DNA of 64,000 nucleotides from Octopus sinensis. Lineage: Eukaryota. The stretch spans positions 12,400,001-12,464,000 of the forward strand of contig NC_043024.1 in assembly GCF_006345805.1 (NCBI RefSeq), in the 5' to 3' direction. This document shows, piece by piece, positions 41,680-55,767 of the stretch. Below the pieces are notes generated by a model. It was not told where the DNA came from, made no database searches, and worked only from the letters and a program-made list of their open reading frames with translations. A program made the position numbers and the translations under genes. How positions within the stretch are numbered: position 1 is the stretch's first letter; each line of letters opens with the position of its first letter.

Positions 41680-41801
41680 GAGGGTGATTCAAAAGTTGCC
41701 ATACATAAGAATAATTTACTTTTTTATAAGAAGTTTTTATTTAACTGATTCTTATAAAAAAATAAAATTTTCCAATATATGGTGACTTTTGAATCACCCT
41801 G
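41680..41801. mobile_element. Short Tc1/mariner-type MITE
   Basis: TIRs AGGGTGATTCAAAAGTTGCCATA / TATGGTGACTTTTGAATCACCCTG, followed by TA. Confidence 0.75.
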
Positions 41802-41807
41802 TATACA

Positions 41808-41871
<64 letters not shown>

Positions 41872-44459
41872 CACACACATACACATGCATACATATTCAC
41901 ACAAGGTGCCACACAATTGGATTTTTTTCAGCTGGTTGCCCATGCTGTCACCAAAACTCACATGTCTGACCCATGGGAGCATGGAAAAGTGGACATTAAA
42001 TAGTGATGAAGATATTTGTATATATGTATGTGTGTGTGTGTGTATATATGACTTAAACCCCATCTGCTCATAGTAAGAAAGTCTGATATGTTCCCCTTCA
42101 GGAATATAAATGCAAAATGCTCCATGAGCATTTAATGATAAGCAAAAATATTAATTCAGCAATTATCTACATGATTAATATCGAACAGAATTAAACAGGA
42201 TGTGTGAGTGTAAGCATGGAGAAATTTGTTTAGAGTTGCCATGACAAAATTCTGTTTCTGTCATCGAGAATCTTTACTGGTTTTGTCAGCACTTATCAGG
42301 TATACATAAATAAAGAAATGTATTAAAGTAAATAAGTAGATATCAATATGTACATATATAATATTTTCAAGGGAAAAAGATAAATACAAGAGACAAGACC
42401 TGAGGGGAGAGAGAGAGAGGGGAGGGGCAAGAAGAAGAAATGGAAGAGAAATAGTGAATGCCCTTAAAATGTCAATTATATTTACCGTGTCTTTAGAATA
42501 CATGTAATATTCAAATGTGTTATGTGTTGCCTTGGCTGGTACCATCACTTTAAGTGGTATCAGAAGGATTTAGGGAGATCAGCAGTTCTCAATGACAGCT
42601 CTTGGGGCCCGCATGCATCCCTCAGCCATCCTTCCAGCAGCCCCCCCCCCCACTCACCACCAGTGGTCTTCTCTCTATAAGTTTGATAAATTTTTCCTTA
42701 ATTGACATGTGTTTAACTTTGTTTGGTGCAGGTCCCTAAAAAAATCCAGGTTTTGGATCAGGCCTGGACATTAAAAAAGTTGAGAACCAGTGTCAGAGAT
42801 CTTTGGATTTCAGCCCTTTTTTCAATCCACAACACACAGAATATGACACTGAAATGTGTAGGAGCTTGAACATGTATTTGGAGGGATAAAGAGAAGAAGA
42901 GGAGAGACGAGAGAGAGAAAGTCATTGAAGAGGTCACAGAATGTTTGATGAAAGAATCTATCACATATAAACTAACAAAGCTAAAGTGAAGCTCAAATAA
43001 ATGGTGTTTAATCAGCAAAAGATGACCATCCCCAAATATAACAACATCTTTTCTTTTTTTCTGGTCCCAACTCACGATTTTACATCAGGAATCTTGCAAA
43101 ATAAACAGACACAGAAAAAAAAGTAGAATTATAATTGATTTAAACAGAGAGACATTCACACTTTCAAGTTTTAGCAATTAAGGCTGCATTAAAAGAATAT
43201 CATATTCAATATATGGATAAAGGGAATTGAATTTAATGTGAAAATGCAATTTGAAATATTAAACTCAACATAATTTTTACATCCACCATTCCTGAGTTTG
43301 TATATACCAGACAAGACTTATTACGGAAGCATTATTTGCTAGATGCCCTCCCTAAAATCTTATTTTCAAGTGACATTATTTATTTTACTAGTCAAACCAC
43401 TTAGCTGCAGGACAGGAACAAACACAGTTGCTCCCTAAGTGGTGACACCACAAAGACGAAATCAAAGAGAAAAATTACATTGGTTTAGTGAAGGTAATTT
43501 TAACAGACATTATGCAAACGACCAATCTTCTTTCTGACAAACTGCCAAAAATAAAGACCTGAAGGTTAACAGCGGCTACAGACATTTAAATGGAGAATCA
43601 TGGAAAAATCTATGGCATATGTAAATGGATGAAAGTGATGCAAGCTATGCAGAGCTGAAGGATTGCACATTCCTTTCAGATGCAAGGATTCCATCACACT
43701 ACTAAATTCCAGATCTAAAATTTTCAGCAAATGCAAGCACATAGACAAATTTCTTTTGTTCAACTTGAGGTCATCCTCTATGGATTAAGCAGCTGTCTTG
43801 CAGACTTTGACACCCTTACTGCTGGATTATTTGACACCAGCTAGATTAAGGATTTGTCCATAGAAATTATGATCTCTATAGACAAAGGGGACCTGGTTTT
43901 CTTGCTTTTCTTTCTCTATTTTTATTCACTCTTTGTTGTTCTATTTTTTGCACCAGTCTTCTTGTTTTGTCTTGTGCTTTCTCCTGGACCAGAAACCCTG
44001 GTTTTCAAATAAGACTAACCATGAGCACAGAGCCTGAAAAATTGCTTGAACACACAAGGTGCATTATATTAATCTGCTGAATTATCCTGTCTCCATGGCA
44101 TGTAACTATTAGCAGCTCTTATTTAAACACTGTATACATGAAATGATATTTATCTCTCACTGAATGAAGTACTTTTATCTTGATCCTACTTATAATGGGG
44201 CAATAAACTATATATATATATATATATATACCCACTCATACAAGCACATATATATATACACATATGCACGTACATGTTTGTGCATGCATATATATGTTAT
44301 ATCTGCATGTATATGCACACACACGCACACAAACACACACACACACACACACTCTCTGTCTCACAATGTAAAGGTAAAATTGTTGATTAGAATCGAAGTC
44401 ATGAACAACAAACATTGAGATATTTGATCAATGAACCAACAATGACAGGTGATGAAAAA

Positions 44460-44693
44460 CGGGGGTTGGCCAAAAGTCAGCTGACAGGGAATCAAAACCA
44501 TTCGATTCCAATATTTACTTAGTTTTAACAACTGAATAAATTTAATAAAAGCATCCAAATATGAAACATCATGAAAATTCTTCAAACTGAAGTCCTTCTT
44601 GAGTGACACATTTTCCCATTCGAGTGAATATAGAATTACAGATAGTATTTAAGGAATTTTGATTTACTGTCGGGTGACTTTTGGCCAACCCTG
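44460..44693. mobile_element. Tc1/mariner-type MITE
   Basis: TIRs GGGTTGGCCAAAAGTCAGCTGACAG / CTGTCGGGTGACTTTTGGCCAACCCTG, followed by TA. Confidence 0.75.
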
Positions 44694-44799
44694 TATATTG
44701 ATTGTGTGTGTGTGTGTGTGTGTCAGTTGAGGGCAGCATGGTTAATAAATTTGCTTTATACTCTTGAGATCCTGGGCTCAGTTACAATATGTGGCTACA

Positions 44800-45286
44800 T
44801 GCATAAGATCTGGTCATCAAATCTAAGTAGAGACTTCAAACATGAAATCTTCAAAGTCACAGTCAAACCAATTCTACAATATGGCTCAGAAACCTGGACG
44901 TTATCAAAGAAGCTTGAGAGGCGGTTGGATGGAACCTACACTCGCCTCCTTATGAGAGCTCAAAATCTCTCGTGGAAGCGCCATCCAACCAAAAAGCAAA
45001 TATATGGGAAACTACCACCTGTGTCATCTCTTGTGAAAGGTAGGAGAGTCCAGTTTGCTGGACATTGTTGTAGAGCTGAAAACAAGGTAATTTCTACTCT
45101 TCTCCTCTGGAAGCCATCTGCTCGTGATACCAGAGGCCGCACACTCTCCTACCCTGATATAATCTCCAGGGATACAGGCATCTAGCAACAGGACCTCCGT
45201 AATGCCATGATGGACAGTGAAGTCTGGCGTAGCATGGTAAATTCCATTGTCTCGACCATGGTTGAACAATGATGATGATGATGATG
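44800..45286 (+). mobile_element. 5'-truncated RTE-clade LINE 3' end
   Basis: VKPILQYGSETWTLSKKLERRLDGTYTRLLMRAQNLSW...FAGHC; ends in a (GAT)n tail. Confidence 0.85.
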
Positions 45287-45499
45287 TGGCTTCTTGGGCA
45301 ATGGTCTTTTAGTTTGTCCTGTGCGTTGTGATTGAAATTTGATAAACAGAAACTTGGTGAAAGCCTGTCACATTGACTGGATCTGGAACTGAATGATCCA
45401 GCTATGTTGCACATTGTCTCAAGCTAATCTTACTTGAGGACTATGCTAAGTGTATAAGTCATTCCGATTGACTGGTATCCAATGACTCACTGATTCCCC

Positions 45500-45810
45500 T
45501 CAGCCTCTCGCCCATAGGCACACTGCTTCTTCTCTCTGCCTGTTCTATCACTACATTAATGGCCCCGACTCCTCAGAACTGGCTGAGTTACTACCACCTC
45601 CATTCAGGCATTCAAGTGCTGTGCTCACCCCTTCCATACCACACACACAGTCCTTTCTTCCCAAAACGTTGGCATTTTGGAATTCCCTCCATGTTAATGT
45701 CTTTTCTGCAGGTGCTGACTTACAAACGTTTGGGAGGAACCTTAATGGGGCATGCCCCTTCTTCAAACTCAGCAAGTAATAAAAAAAACAAAAACAACAA
45801 CAAAAAGAAA
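45500..45810 (+). mobile_element. CR1/Jockey-group LINE 3' end
   Basis: QPLAHRH..SLCLFYHY.NG..SSEL...SFLPKTLAFWNSL..NVF...DLQTF, followed by an A-rich tail. Confidence 0.65.
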
Positions 45811-47719
45811 CTGGAATACTCAGCCAGTAGTTCAGCTGAAGAGACAAATGGTGGATGGTCATTGTTAAAAGAAAGAAACACCCATTTTCTTATTTCTTTA
45901 CTACCCACAAGGGGCTAAACACCGAGATGACAAACAAGGACAGACAAACGGATTAAGTCGATTATATCGACCCCAGTGCATAACTGGTACTTATTTAATC
46001 GACCCTGAAAGGATGAAAGGCAAAGTCGACCTCGGTGGAATTTGAACTCAGAGAACGTAGCGGCAGATGAAATACCGCTAAGCATTTCGCTCGGCGAGCT
46101 ACTATTTCTACCATTTTCTTGTGTATATAAATGTCATCATCATCGTTTAATGTACTTTGTTCAATGCCAGCATGGGTTCGAAGCCAGAGAATTGTGCCAA
46201 GTTCCAGAGTTTATTTGGCCTGATTTATACACCTGGACACCCGGACTAAATGACAATCGCTTCACAAAGGGTATTGAATGCTTCTTTTTCAGACAACAGC
46301 ATTGGTGAGGTCATCGAGTACTCTCAAGACAAATTCTCTCAACTTGGAGGGGGCAGAGTGCTGAGTGATGTGAAACTAGGATAGAGGGGTAGGAGCAAGG
46401 GTCTTGCTGAAGGGGTGAATATATAGCTTCCCCATCTAGAGAGAGATGAAATCAAGGTACAAGGGGAATGTGTAAGGAAGGGAGAATAGAGATAGAGGAA
46501 CAGAAAAAGAGGGTGGGTGAATATGAAGGGGGATGGGGGTTGATGTGGATGCATTAAATATCAATTTGGGGGAGGGGAAGTGATGGAAATATGAGTGAGT
46601 CAAGGAGGAGGAAGAAGAAGAGATACAATATGAAGTGTAGTGGGTGGATGGGTACAATACCTGGGTGGGTTGCAGTTAGGAGAGAGATGAAGAGATAAGT
46701 GTTAGAAGATGAGTCGCGCGTGTGTGTGTGTGTGGGGGGGGGGTCTTGACAGCCATCATAGTTTCCTCTCTTGCACATCCAATGTCTCTTACACTCAATT
46801 TCTTCTCTCCACACATTTGTAAAGATTTTTTTACTTGTTTTAGTCATTAGATTGTGGCCATGCTGGGGCACTACATTGAAGAGTAGTTTTCAGTCAAATG
46901 AATCAACCTCAGTACTTTATTCTTTTAAAGCCTGGTACTTATTCTGTCAGTCTCTTTTGCGAAACTGCTAAGTCACAGAGATGTAAACAAACCAACAGCA
47001 GTTGTTGAACGTTGGTGGGGGATAAACACAGACACATGCAATGGGCTTCTTTCAGTTGCCATCAACGAAATCCATTCACAAGGCTTTGGTTGGCCCAAGG
47101 CTATAGTGGAAGACACTTGCCCAATATGCCATGCAGTGGGACTGAACCTGGAACCAGGCAGTTGGGAAGCAAGATTCTTACCACACAGCCATGCATACAC
47201 CTCTTCAATTTTCTTAGATTTTCAAATGTTTTTTATATGCATATATTTTTTATTTCACTTGATATTTTTGAGTGTATATTCACTTAATGTGGAGGCGCGT
47301 GGCTTAGTGGTTAGGGTGTCAGCATCATGATCGTAAGATTGTGGTTTCAATTCCTGGACCAGTGTTCAACTGGTACTTATTTCATCAATCCCTAAAAGAT
47401 GAAAGGTAAAGTCAACCTCAGCAGAATTTGAACTCAGAACGTAGCAATGGGCGAAATTCCACTAAGCATTTCACCTAGCATGCTAACGATTTCACCAGCT
47501 TGCCACTTTAATAATAATAATCCTTTCTGTTATAGGTACAAGGCCTGAAATTTTGAGGGAGAGAACTAGTCAATTACATCGACCCCAGGATTTCACCGGT
47601 ACTTAATTTATCAGTCCTGAAAGGAGGTAAGACAAAGTTGACCTCGGCGGAATTTGAACTCAGAATGTAGTGGCTAAGCATTTTGCCTGGCATGCTAACA
47701 ACCCTGCCAGCTCACCACT

Positions 47720-47752
<33 letters not shown>

Positions 47753-48319
47753 TAATAATAATAAAATAGCAACATGATATGAATTAGCATATATTGTGTT
47801 TAGCATGGTTCATTTGTTTTTAGGATTTTTTTTATTTCATAACCCCCCACTCCCCACCTTCCATTCTCGCAAACGTGTTATGTGGCGTCTTGTTATGTAG
47901 TATCTTGTCCCAACATGTTCTCATCCTGTTTGATCACATTTATGCATACAACCCACCCCCACCACACGTGTCTAACTCCACCCTCTTTACCAGCTGTCCT
48001 TAGAATAAAAAAGTGTTTTACCCGCCCCCCCCCCACGTCTTTTATCAATGTCTCTATCTCCCACAATGTATTGATTGGTTCTTACAGGAATGAATAAGAG
48101 CCATAAAGTAAGCATGAGAAAAGAAAGAAAGAAAGAGACAGATGGACTTCATTGATTGGTCAACAGATGTTTAAAAAAAATAAAATAAAATAAGATAAGA
48201 TAAAAAAATATATATGAGACAAAGTCAATAAATATGTGTTGTATTGATTGGTTTCCGAAAAGAATAAAAGGAAGATATAAAGAAAAAAATATGTAAGCAT
48301 CACTGAACGGTTTGTGAGA

Positions 48320-48476
48320 GAGAGAGTGAGTGAGAGAGAGAGGGAGGGAGAGAGAGGAAGAGAGAGAGAGAGTGAGAGAGAGAGGGAGAGAGAAAGAGAG
48401 GGAGGGAGAGAGAGTGAGTGAGAGAGAGAGTGAGAGAGAGTGAGAGTGAGAGAGAGAGAAAGAGAGAGAGAGAGTG
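48320..48476. repeat. (GA)n-type polypurine tract
   Basis: Direct reading. Confidence 0.9.
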
Positions 48477-49094
48477 CATGTGTTTGGACATGTATGCATC
48501 TGCACTAAAATGTGTACATATTTAGGATAATAATAATTGTTGTAATAATGATAATTGTTTACAATTTTGGGGGGAGGGTAAGTTGAACAGATTGACCCCC
48601 CAGTAATCACTGGTACTTATTTCATTGATCCATAAGGATGAAAAGCAAGACAGCCTTTGGTGGTATTTGAACTCTGAGTGTAAAATGCCAAAGGAAAGGC
48701 CACCTACCACCATTCCGTCTGATGCGTTAACAGTTTTGTCAGCCAGTAATGACAATGATTTCTTATATTCATCCCTGGGGCACCAATTAGGGGTGGGGCA
48801 TTACAAGAACAGCTTACAGTTTGTATAATGGCTTACATAATAAAATAGGAAAGTGAAGGGAAGGAGATACGTGATAAAAAAAAAAAGGATACCAAATATT
48901 TGAATGCAAAGATGGTGCAGTCGTCCAATTACAGAAAAGGTTCAGATTAGAGACAGTTGAGGAACCCAACAAATTCAGGATTTTCCTGGCTACCAAAAGG
49001 CACAAACCTTCACTTAACTATTCTGCTCTAATCTACAGGCTTCAGAGTAGTTCGATATACCCTAACTTCTTCAGCCTCCTTTTGACAAATTTGC

Positions 49095-49138
<44 letters not shown>

Positions 49139-49394
49139 GAGGGAGAGAGTGAGTACTTCCCCCCCACTTGCTTCCCTTTCCAAAGTAGGTTTCTATCTTC
49201 CATCCTTTCTACCCTGACCCCAGCACCACTCCTCCTGCCACTAAACACACCAACACCACCTTACCCACCCTGTGGAATCTCATGCTTATTTACTAACATC
49301 TTTTTGAATTAATCATGCATTATTTCATAGCTTCAAGATTTCTATAATGTAATTGTTTATTTTTAGAATGACCTTGTAGGTCATTCTAAATGTG

Positions 49395-49715
49395 CCCGTG
49401 ATGAACCCAGCCCATAGCCAAATTTCTTCTATATACAACAAGAGCAGTTCCGCAAGCAACCCATAGACATTGCAAAAGTGCATGCGATGTGTTTCCGTTG
49501 CTCTGCAGGCATTTTAGACCATTCCACTTGGCAGCACTTTCCTATCTACAGAGTTTATCTTGAACTTGTAGTGTTCCTTGGGAGCTCTGCCAGGCCAAAG
49601 ACTTCTGCTGACTATCCATTGGGGTACCTGCACCGAAAGTCCCTCAAAACAGACCAGCTAGGTCCCTAACAACATCATCACACTTTTCCACTAGCCTTCG
49701 GCATACTGTTAAAGT
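49395..49715 (-). mobile_element. L1/Tx1-like LINE remnant (Zn-knuckle region)
   Basis: QKSLAWQSSQGTLQVQDKL...KCLQSNGNTSHALLQC; heavily decayed. Confidence 0.4.
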
Positions 49716-52036
49716 GCCCTGCATTGTGGTGTGATGAGGTGTGGTGTGGGGTGGTGGTGTGCATGGTGTGGTGATGTTGGGGTGTGGGGGAGGCGAGAAT
49801 GGGGGAAGCAAGGGTGGGTTGGGATGGGATGTATAAGGATGGTGGGGTTGGAATGTGTAGGGGTGGGGTAACAAGGGAAGGGGTGACGATGAAGGGAGAA
49901 GGTGGATAGGAGGAAGTAGGTGTGAGAGGAAGGGAGGAGAGAAGAGGAGGGTTTGAAGAAGAGAGGAAGAGAGTTGAGCCCATATGACACAAAGGAGCGT
50001 AGAGAGAAGATTAATCCCTGCTCATGGTGAAGACGGGAGTCTGGATGGCTCCTGTGCAAGGACAATCCAAAAACAGACAGGTGTTGTAAAGAGTGACCGG
50101 TAGAGTGGAAATATGATTTGTAGAATAATACATTAAAACCCATATATACCCATAAAAACATGAAGCCCTAAAGCTTAATTTAATTTAGATTAAACGTTAT
50201 GGGGTAAGCTTCCACAATCTAGAAGAGAAGGACAGTATGCAACTGTTAGCTACAGGTGTCAACTACCTTTTGGACATTTCGTATGCTCAGTCAGATGCTT
50301 CCAGGCGAGTTCATGTCCAAACACAACCAGGGGTATAAAAAGGGGTTTTAAGGAATTTTTTAAATGAGCATCAGTGGATTAGTTGAATCCATGTATTGTG
50401 ACTTTTTATCTCATCATCATCATTTAACATCTGTTGTCCATGCTGGCATGGGTTGGATGGTTCGACAAGAGTGGTCAAGTTGGAGGGATTTACCTGACTC
50501 CTGTCTGATTTGGCATGGTTTCTAGGGCTGGATGCCCTTCCTAACATGCCAACCACTTTACAGAGTGTGCTGGATGCTTTTATGTGGCTCCACGTGAACA
50601 CAGAGGTACTTTTATGCGGCATCGCCATGAGTGCTTTATACCACCAAAGAGACCAATCAACCTATAACGATTGCTTAGAAACTTCCTGCATCTAGTTTAT
50701 TATTATCATCAGAAACACTTATTGCTTACAAGTTTTTGATAAAGTCACTAATTAATTAACCTATATTTTATATGGATATGGAAAGTCTACTGTTTATTTA
50801 ACTTTAAAATCACTCTGCAAATGGCCTGTGGGCAAAGTTTTCTCGAAACTTGCATGTTAGCAACTATTTTCTGTTAAGGAAAGAAAAAAAAATGTGCACA
50901 CACAAGTTTTTAAAGATGAAATCAAATTTTTAGGTATTAAAGAAATTTGTGTGGCAGTTCCTCTCTCTCTCTGGTTCCCCTCCCACCTATTTTTAGTGTG
51001 ATAAAACATCAACTAATTTCTGTGACAGTTCTTCACACATGTACTTTGCAAAAAAAACAACAAAAAAACAAAAACAAACAAACAAAATTTGCACACACTG
51101 CACATTTCAATGCACACTCTCAAATGAAATAAGTACGGCTTAGGGTAAGTGATGGGGGCTGGAGTGAAAATATTGAAAATCAGCAGGAAAAGGAACCATT
51201 ATTTATACAATGGTAAGGGGGCCTAGTGAAAAGAAGTGAACTTTAGAAGGAACCGAATGAAAAAAAAATGTAATAAATGTTTTGGCAGTCAGCCTTTTTC
51301 TGTATTTGTTGTAATATATATGTGGAACTAAAGTTGGATAAATTATTTAAATTGCATAAGGACTTTATAATGGCTGTGCCTGCTATATATATATGTATAT
51401 ATATATATATGTATATATATAGAGATGTATATAAGGGAGAAAGTGATCTGAAAAATATATACTTATATCCATAGAAATACTTACATATACATACACAAAC
51501 CTTTATTTTAAACCTATTTAATTCTAAAACAAACATTTCATTTTAGTAAATTGTCTTTTAGTAGAATATTGGTGAAATAATATGAAAAAAAAAACCAAAA
51601 CAAAACAATAAAACGAAACTACACAAAAAAATGAAAGAAAATGGAAAGAAAACATAAACACAAACAACATACAAAAAGTAATAAAATCTAAAAAGCAGAA
51701 AATAAAAAAAAGACAGTATTTTTATGTAAAAAAGAAATTGCATGAGAATGGAGTAAGATTTGTTTCTTCTCAGAGCATGTGACGAAAGGGTAGAAAGAGT
51801 AGAAAGGGTGGGTGTCCTAGTTTTAATCTGCAATTTCTTCAATTTCATTCCTGTGGAGGAGCCATTCCATTCCTCCCTCTCCCCAGTTTCCCCCCCCACC
51901 TATTTTTAGTGGGATAAAACATACACAAAAGAAGCAATCAAAAGTACAAATTGGTGGGAAGCGGGGAAAGCTGATGAAATCAGCCCCTAATGTCTGACTG
52001 GTATTTACTTTAGAGCCAATGAAGTATGGTCATACC

Positions 52037-52268
52037 TATTTCTTTACTACCCACAAGGGGCTAAACACAGAAGGGACAAACAAGGATAGACAAACAGATT
52101 AAGTAGATTACACTGACCCCAGTGCGTAACTAGTACTTAATTTATCGACCCTGAAAGGATGAAAGGCAAAGTTGACCTCGGCGGAATTTGAACTCAGAAT
52201 GTAACGGCAGACGTAATACAGCTAAGCATTTCGCCCGGCGTGCTAACGTTTCTGCCAGCTCGCTGCCC
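52037..52268 (-). mobile_element. Family A SINE (other copies/fragments ~5540-5710, 5806-5945, 45891-46080, 47363-47720, 48560-48745, 63845-64000)
   Basis: Near-full reverse-complement match to 7999-8233. Confidence 0.85.
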
Positions 52269-52435
52269 TTGATATCACAAGCCATTCCCTCTGAATCAAA
52301 CCCTATCTTACTCATTGGGGAAGGAAGTTGTAGATGTAATCTTCAACGTAAAGAAAGATAATCCAGGATGGTCATTGTTGGACTACTTTTAATTCATAGT
52401 TTTATTCAACTAAAGAACAGATAAAGTTAAATAAC

Positions 52436-52836
52436 GTAATTCTGTAATTCTGAGATGAGGAATTTTATGTTACGATTACATTAGCTGGAGTGATGTCCCC
52501 ATCTTGAATGCTTTTGTTTTTCCTTTAGCAGAAATGGAAGGGGAAAAAAAAAGCAACAGTCATGATAAGGACACCATTACATTATTTACATTTGATGGAT
52601 ATTTGTCCTCAACACAACGTTTTGGCTGATATACCCCCCTAGCCTTCATCAAGTATTTTGGGGAAATTTCGAACCAGGGTTCTCATTCCTAAGGTATTTT
52701 TTTATGTTGTTGTTATTATTATTAGTAGTAGTATTAGTATTAGTATTACTATTATTATTATTCAGGTCACTATCTGGAATCAAACTTGGAATCTTGGGGT
52801 TAGTATCCTGCGCTCTTAACCACTACACCATATGCA
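52436..52836 (-). mobile_element. Same element, copy 3 (solo, with ~95-bp insertion in the tail)
   Basis: Same head, spacer and tail; hammerhead remnant at 52611-52657 (TTGATGA, CAGCC-AAAA-CGTT-GTGTT). Confidence 0.75.
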
Positions 52837-54013
52837 CCAGACTCCAGTCTGTTTCGGCATGGTTTCTACAGCTGAATGCCTTTCCTAACACCAACCACTT
52901 TACAGAGTGTGGGCGCTGCCCCCCCCCACTCCTAAGGTGCTCTAGTCAGTGTTTTACCAATTTTCAGTCTCTGTGTTCAAACCTCCAAAACGTCAACTTG
53001 CCATTTCGTTATTACAAGATCAAGTAACCATTCTGTGATGCCTTAAATTATTGGAGTGGTCGGCAAGAAGCCCAGATGCAGGGACCACGTTGTTTCTTTG
53101 CAATCAAAGTTCAAACTCTGTCATGGCATTCAAAGATGGAAACACAAGAAATGGATTCTGTTGTCATTTAGATAAACTAAAGAAGCAATAACGGGTAGAA
53201 TATTTTTGATTTCTGATCTGATTAATCAGGTGTAATAACATGGAAGAAGTGATTGGGGGGGGGGGGGGTAAGCAACAACGAAAGACTGTTACACAAATTG
53301 CCAAACTTTCAAAAATTCTTTTTTGGTTAACATTATCTGAATTATCTCTCCCTTGGCTGTTTACACTCTCTGCCAGGGAGTTTTTGTTTGCTAACAGCAG
53401 GGATAATTTCAGTGAAGTAAACTTTTTCAATTTAAAATATATTACATGGTGAAATTACATTAGTAACGAGATATTTAATAAATAAATTCCACTTAGTGCA
53501 AGCAAGACACAAATTTAATAAGAATAAGGAAAAGAAGTAGGGGTGGTGGTGGTGGGGAGGGGAGAGTGAGGGGAAGGAGGAGGAGGAGGGGGGAATATTT
53601 CAGTAAGAATAAATTTAGTGTTTTATTTTCTATTTTTAATAACTAGAATATGATGATGATGATGATGATGAATATATTCTTACATCTAAGCCAGATGTGA
53701 AGCTTTGTAAATTTTCATCCTACACACAATCTTGGAAACTAGTTCTGTATGATACATCCCTCTCTCTTTTCTCGACTACCATGACCACCACGACCACCAC
53801 CACGGGCAACATCTCCAGTCTCTGTCTGCTCGCTCCTACCACCTCTTTCTCTTTGTTCATCCACCATCTTGATTACCTTCAGATCCTATGTCAATGAAGG
53901 GGGCGGGGCGAGAACTAAAACAAAAAACATCAATAAATGAGATCTTGTCTGCACATGTCTTTTTGCTTCCGTGAGCATTTTGTCTGCATATGTGATGTGT
54001 ATGTGCATGTATG

Positions 54014-54069
<56 letters not shown>

Positions 54070-54415
54070 GGAGGTTTATTTTTCTTGCATGAATGCAAGG
54101 CCTAAAACATTTACATAAACGTCAATGACAAATCCAATTTTAATGTCTGTTGTTTTTGATGAGATACACCTGGAAGGTGGGTACATATTTCAATTACAGG
54201 ACTTTGATGCTTTCAAAATCGTTTTGCCTCACTTAAGTACCAAGATGTGTCTGTGTTTGTCCATCTCTGACAACCCCTCACTCCGACCCAACATGTTGGT
54301 TCGAGTTGGATGTGTCTTTTGCTGGATGCCCTTCCTGATACCAAACCCTTGTAGCTTCTTACAACAAGAACTGGTACAGCATACCTAGCTTTCAAAAGTT
54401 GGTTTATGTACATAT

Positions 54416-54615
54416 TCTTTTATTCTTTTATTTGTTTCAGTCATTTTACTGTGGCCATGCTGGAGCACTGCCTTTAGTCACACAAATTGACCCCAGGCCT
54501 TATTGTTTATAAGCCTAGTACTTATTCTATTGGTCTCTTTTGCTGAACTGCTAAGTTACGGGGATGTAAACACATCAACATCGGTTGCCAGGTGATGGTG
54601 GATGGACAAACACAG

Positions 54616-54646
<31 letters not shown>

Positions 54647-54797
54647 CAAAGGGCTTCTTTCAGTTTCCATCAACCAAATCCACTCACACAGCCTTTGTTG
54701 GCCCGAGAAGACACTTGCCCAAGGCGCCACGCAGTGGGACTGAACCTGGAACCATGTGGTTGGTAAGCAAGCTACTTACCACACAGCCACTCCTGTG
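54416..54797 (-). mobile_element. Family B SINE (others ~335-625, 13467-13625, 23700-23860, 36205-36630, 46826-47197, 56920-57080, 63515-63670)
   Basis: Reverse-complement match to 20195-20598. Confidence 0.85.
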
Positions 54798-54916
54798 CCT
54801 AGGTGTTATATCTAGCAATGTAGGTGACCAAAGCCATATCAGTATATTTGGTTGATAGAAACTGAAAGAAGCCCATCATATATACAGACATACATTTATA
54901 TATACATACACACATA

Positions 54917-55767
54917 CTGGGTGCGATGGGTAAATTGTTGCCATTTTATATTTTTAATTTCATGCAAACACATTGTTTATTTCTGATTTTGTCAACTACA
55001 CAGTATAGTAGGGTCAGTTGGGTACCGTCTGTGAGGAAAACAGCAACATGACGCAATTCACTCTATCAGAAATTTGGAAACAACATGCCGTGCTGCTTGG
55101 CATTCATGCCAGAAGCTTCAATATGAACATTTCAGAGGGTCTGGGTGTCAGTCTGAGGTCGTGTACCGAGAGAGATAAAAATCAAACATCCAGTCAACAT
55201 CATGGTATTTGGAGTGATCACTAGTGATGGTAATGTTATGCCTCCAGTCATCTTACAACACGGTCTTGGACTGAACAGGGAGGCCTACATCAAGTACCTG
55301 GAAGAGGTAGTGCTGCCTTGAGTCAAGAGGGTGACTGTTGGAAGACCCTGTGTCTGCCAACAGGACTCTGCACCATGCCACACAAGCATTCATGACTGTC
55401 AGACAATTTCTGTGACCACATCACCCCTAACGTCTGGCCATCTAACTCCCCTTTGATTATTATTTGTGGGGAGCAGTTGAGCGAGAGACCAACAAAACTC
55501 CTTGCAACACCAAAGATGAACCAAAAGCAAAGATTATGGCAGCATTCATCAACTTAAACAAGGAGAACATCAAGAAGAGTTGCAGGAGATTCCAAAGTCG
55601 TCTGGAGGCCAAGGTTGAAACCAATGGCGATATTATTAAACAAATTTACTCTTTAGTATTTCAAGATATTTTTATGTAATTTTGGTAAATATACCTCTGA
55701 AAATGAGATGTCAGTGTTATTTGAATTTTTTGTGCTATTTAGACAACAGTTTATTCACTCCACCCTG
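54917..55767 (+). mobile_element. Internally deleted mariner (maT/DD37D-like by motif resemblance) transposon
   Basis: TA flanks; imperfect TIRs CTGGGTGCGATGGGTAAATTGTTG / CAACAGTTTATTCACTCCACCCTG; KHPVNIMVFGVITSDG, QQDSAPCH, WPSNSP..DYYLWGAVE. Deletions prevent counting the D-D spacing. Confidence 0.8.

Noticed and set aside
44706-45185. 159-aa ORF as a host gene
   Set aside because: RTE LINE C-terminus fused to a decayed SINE head.
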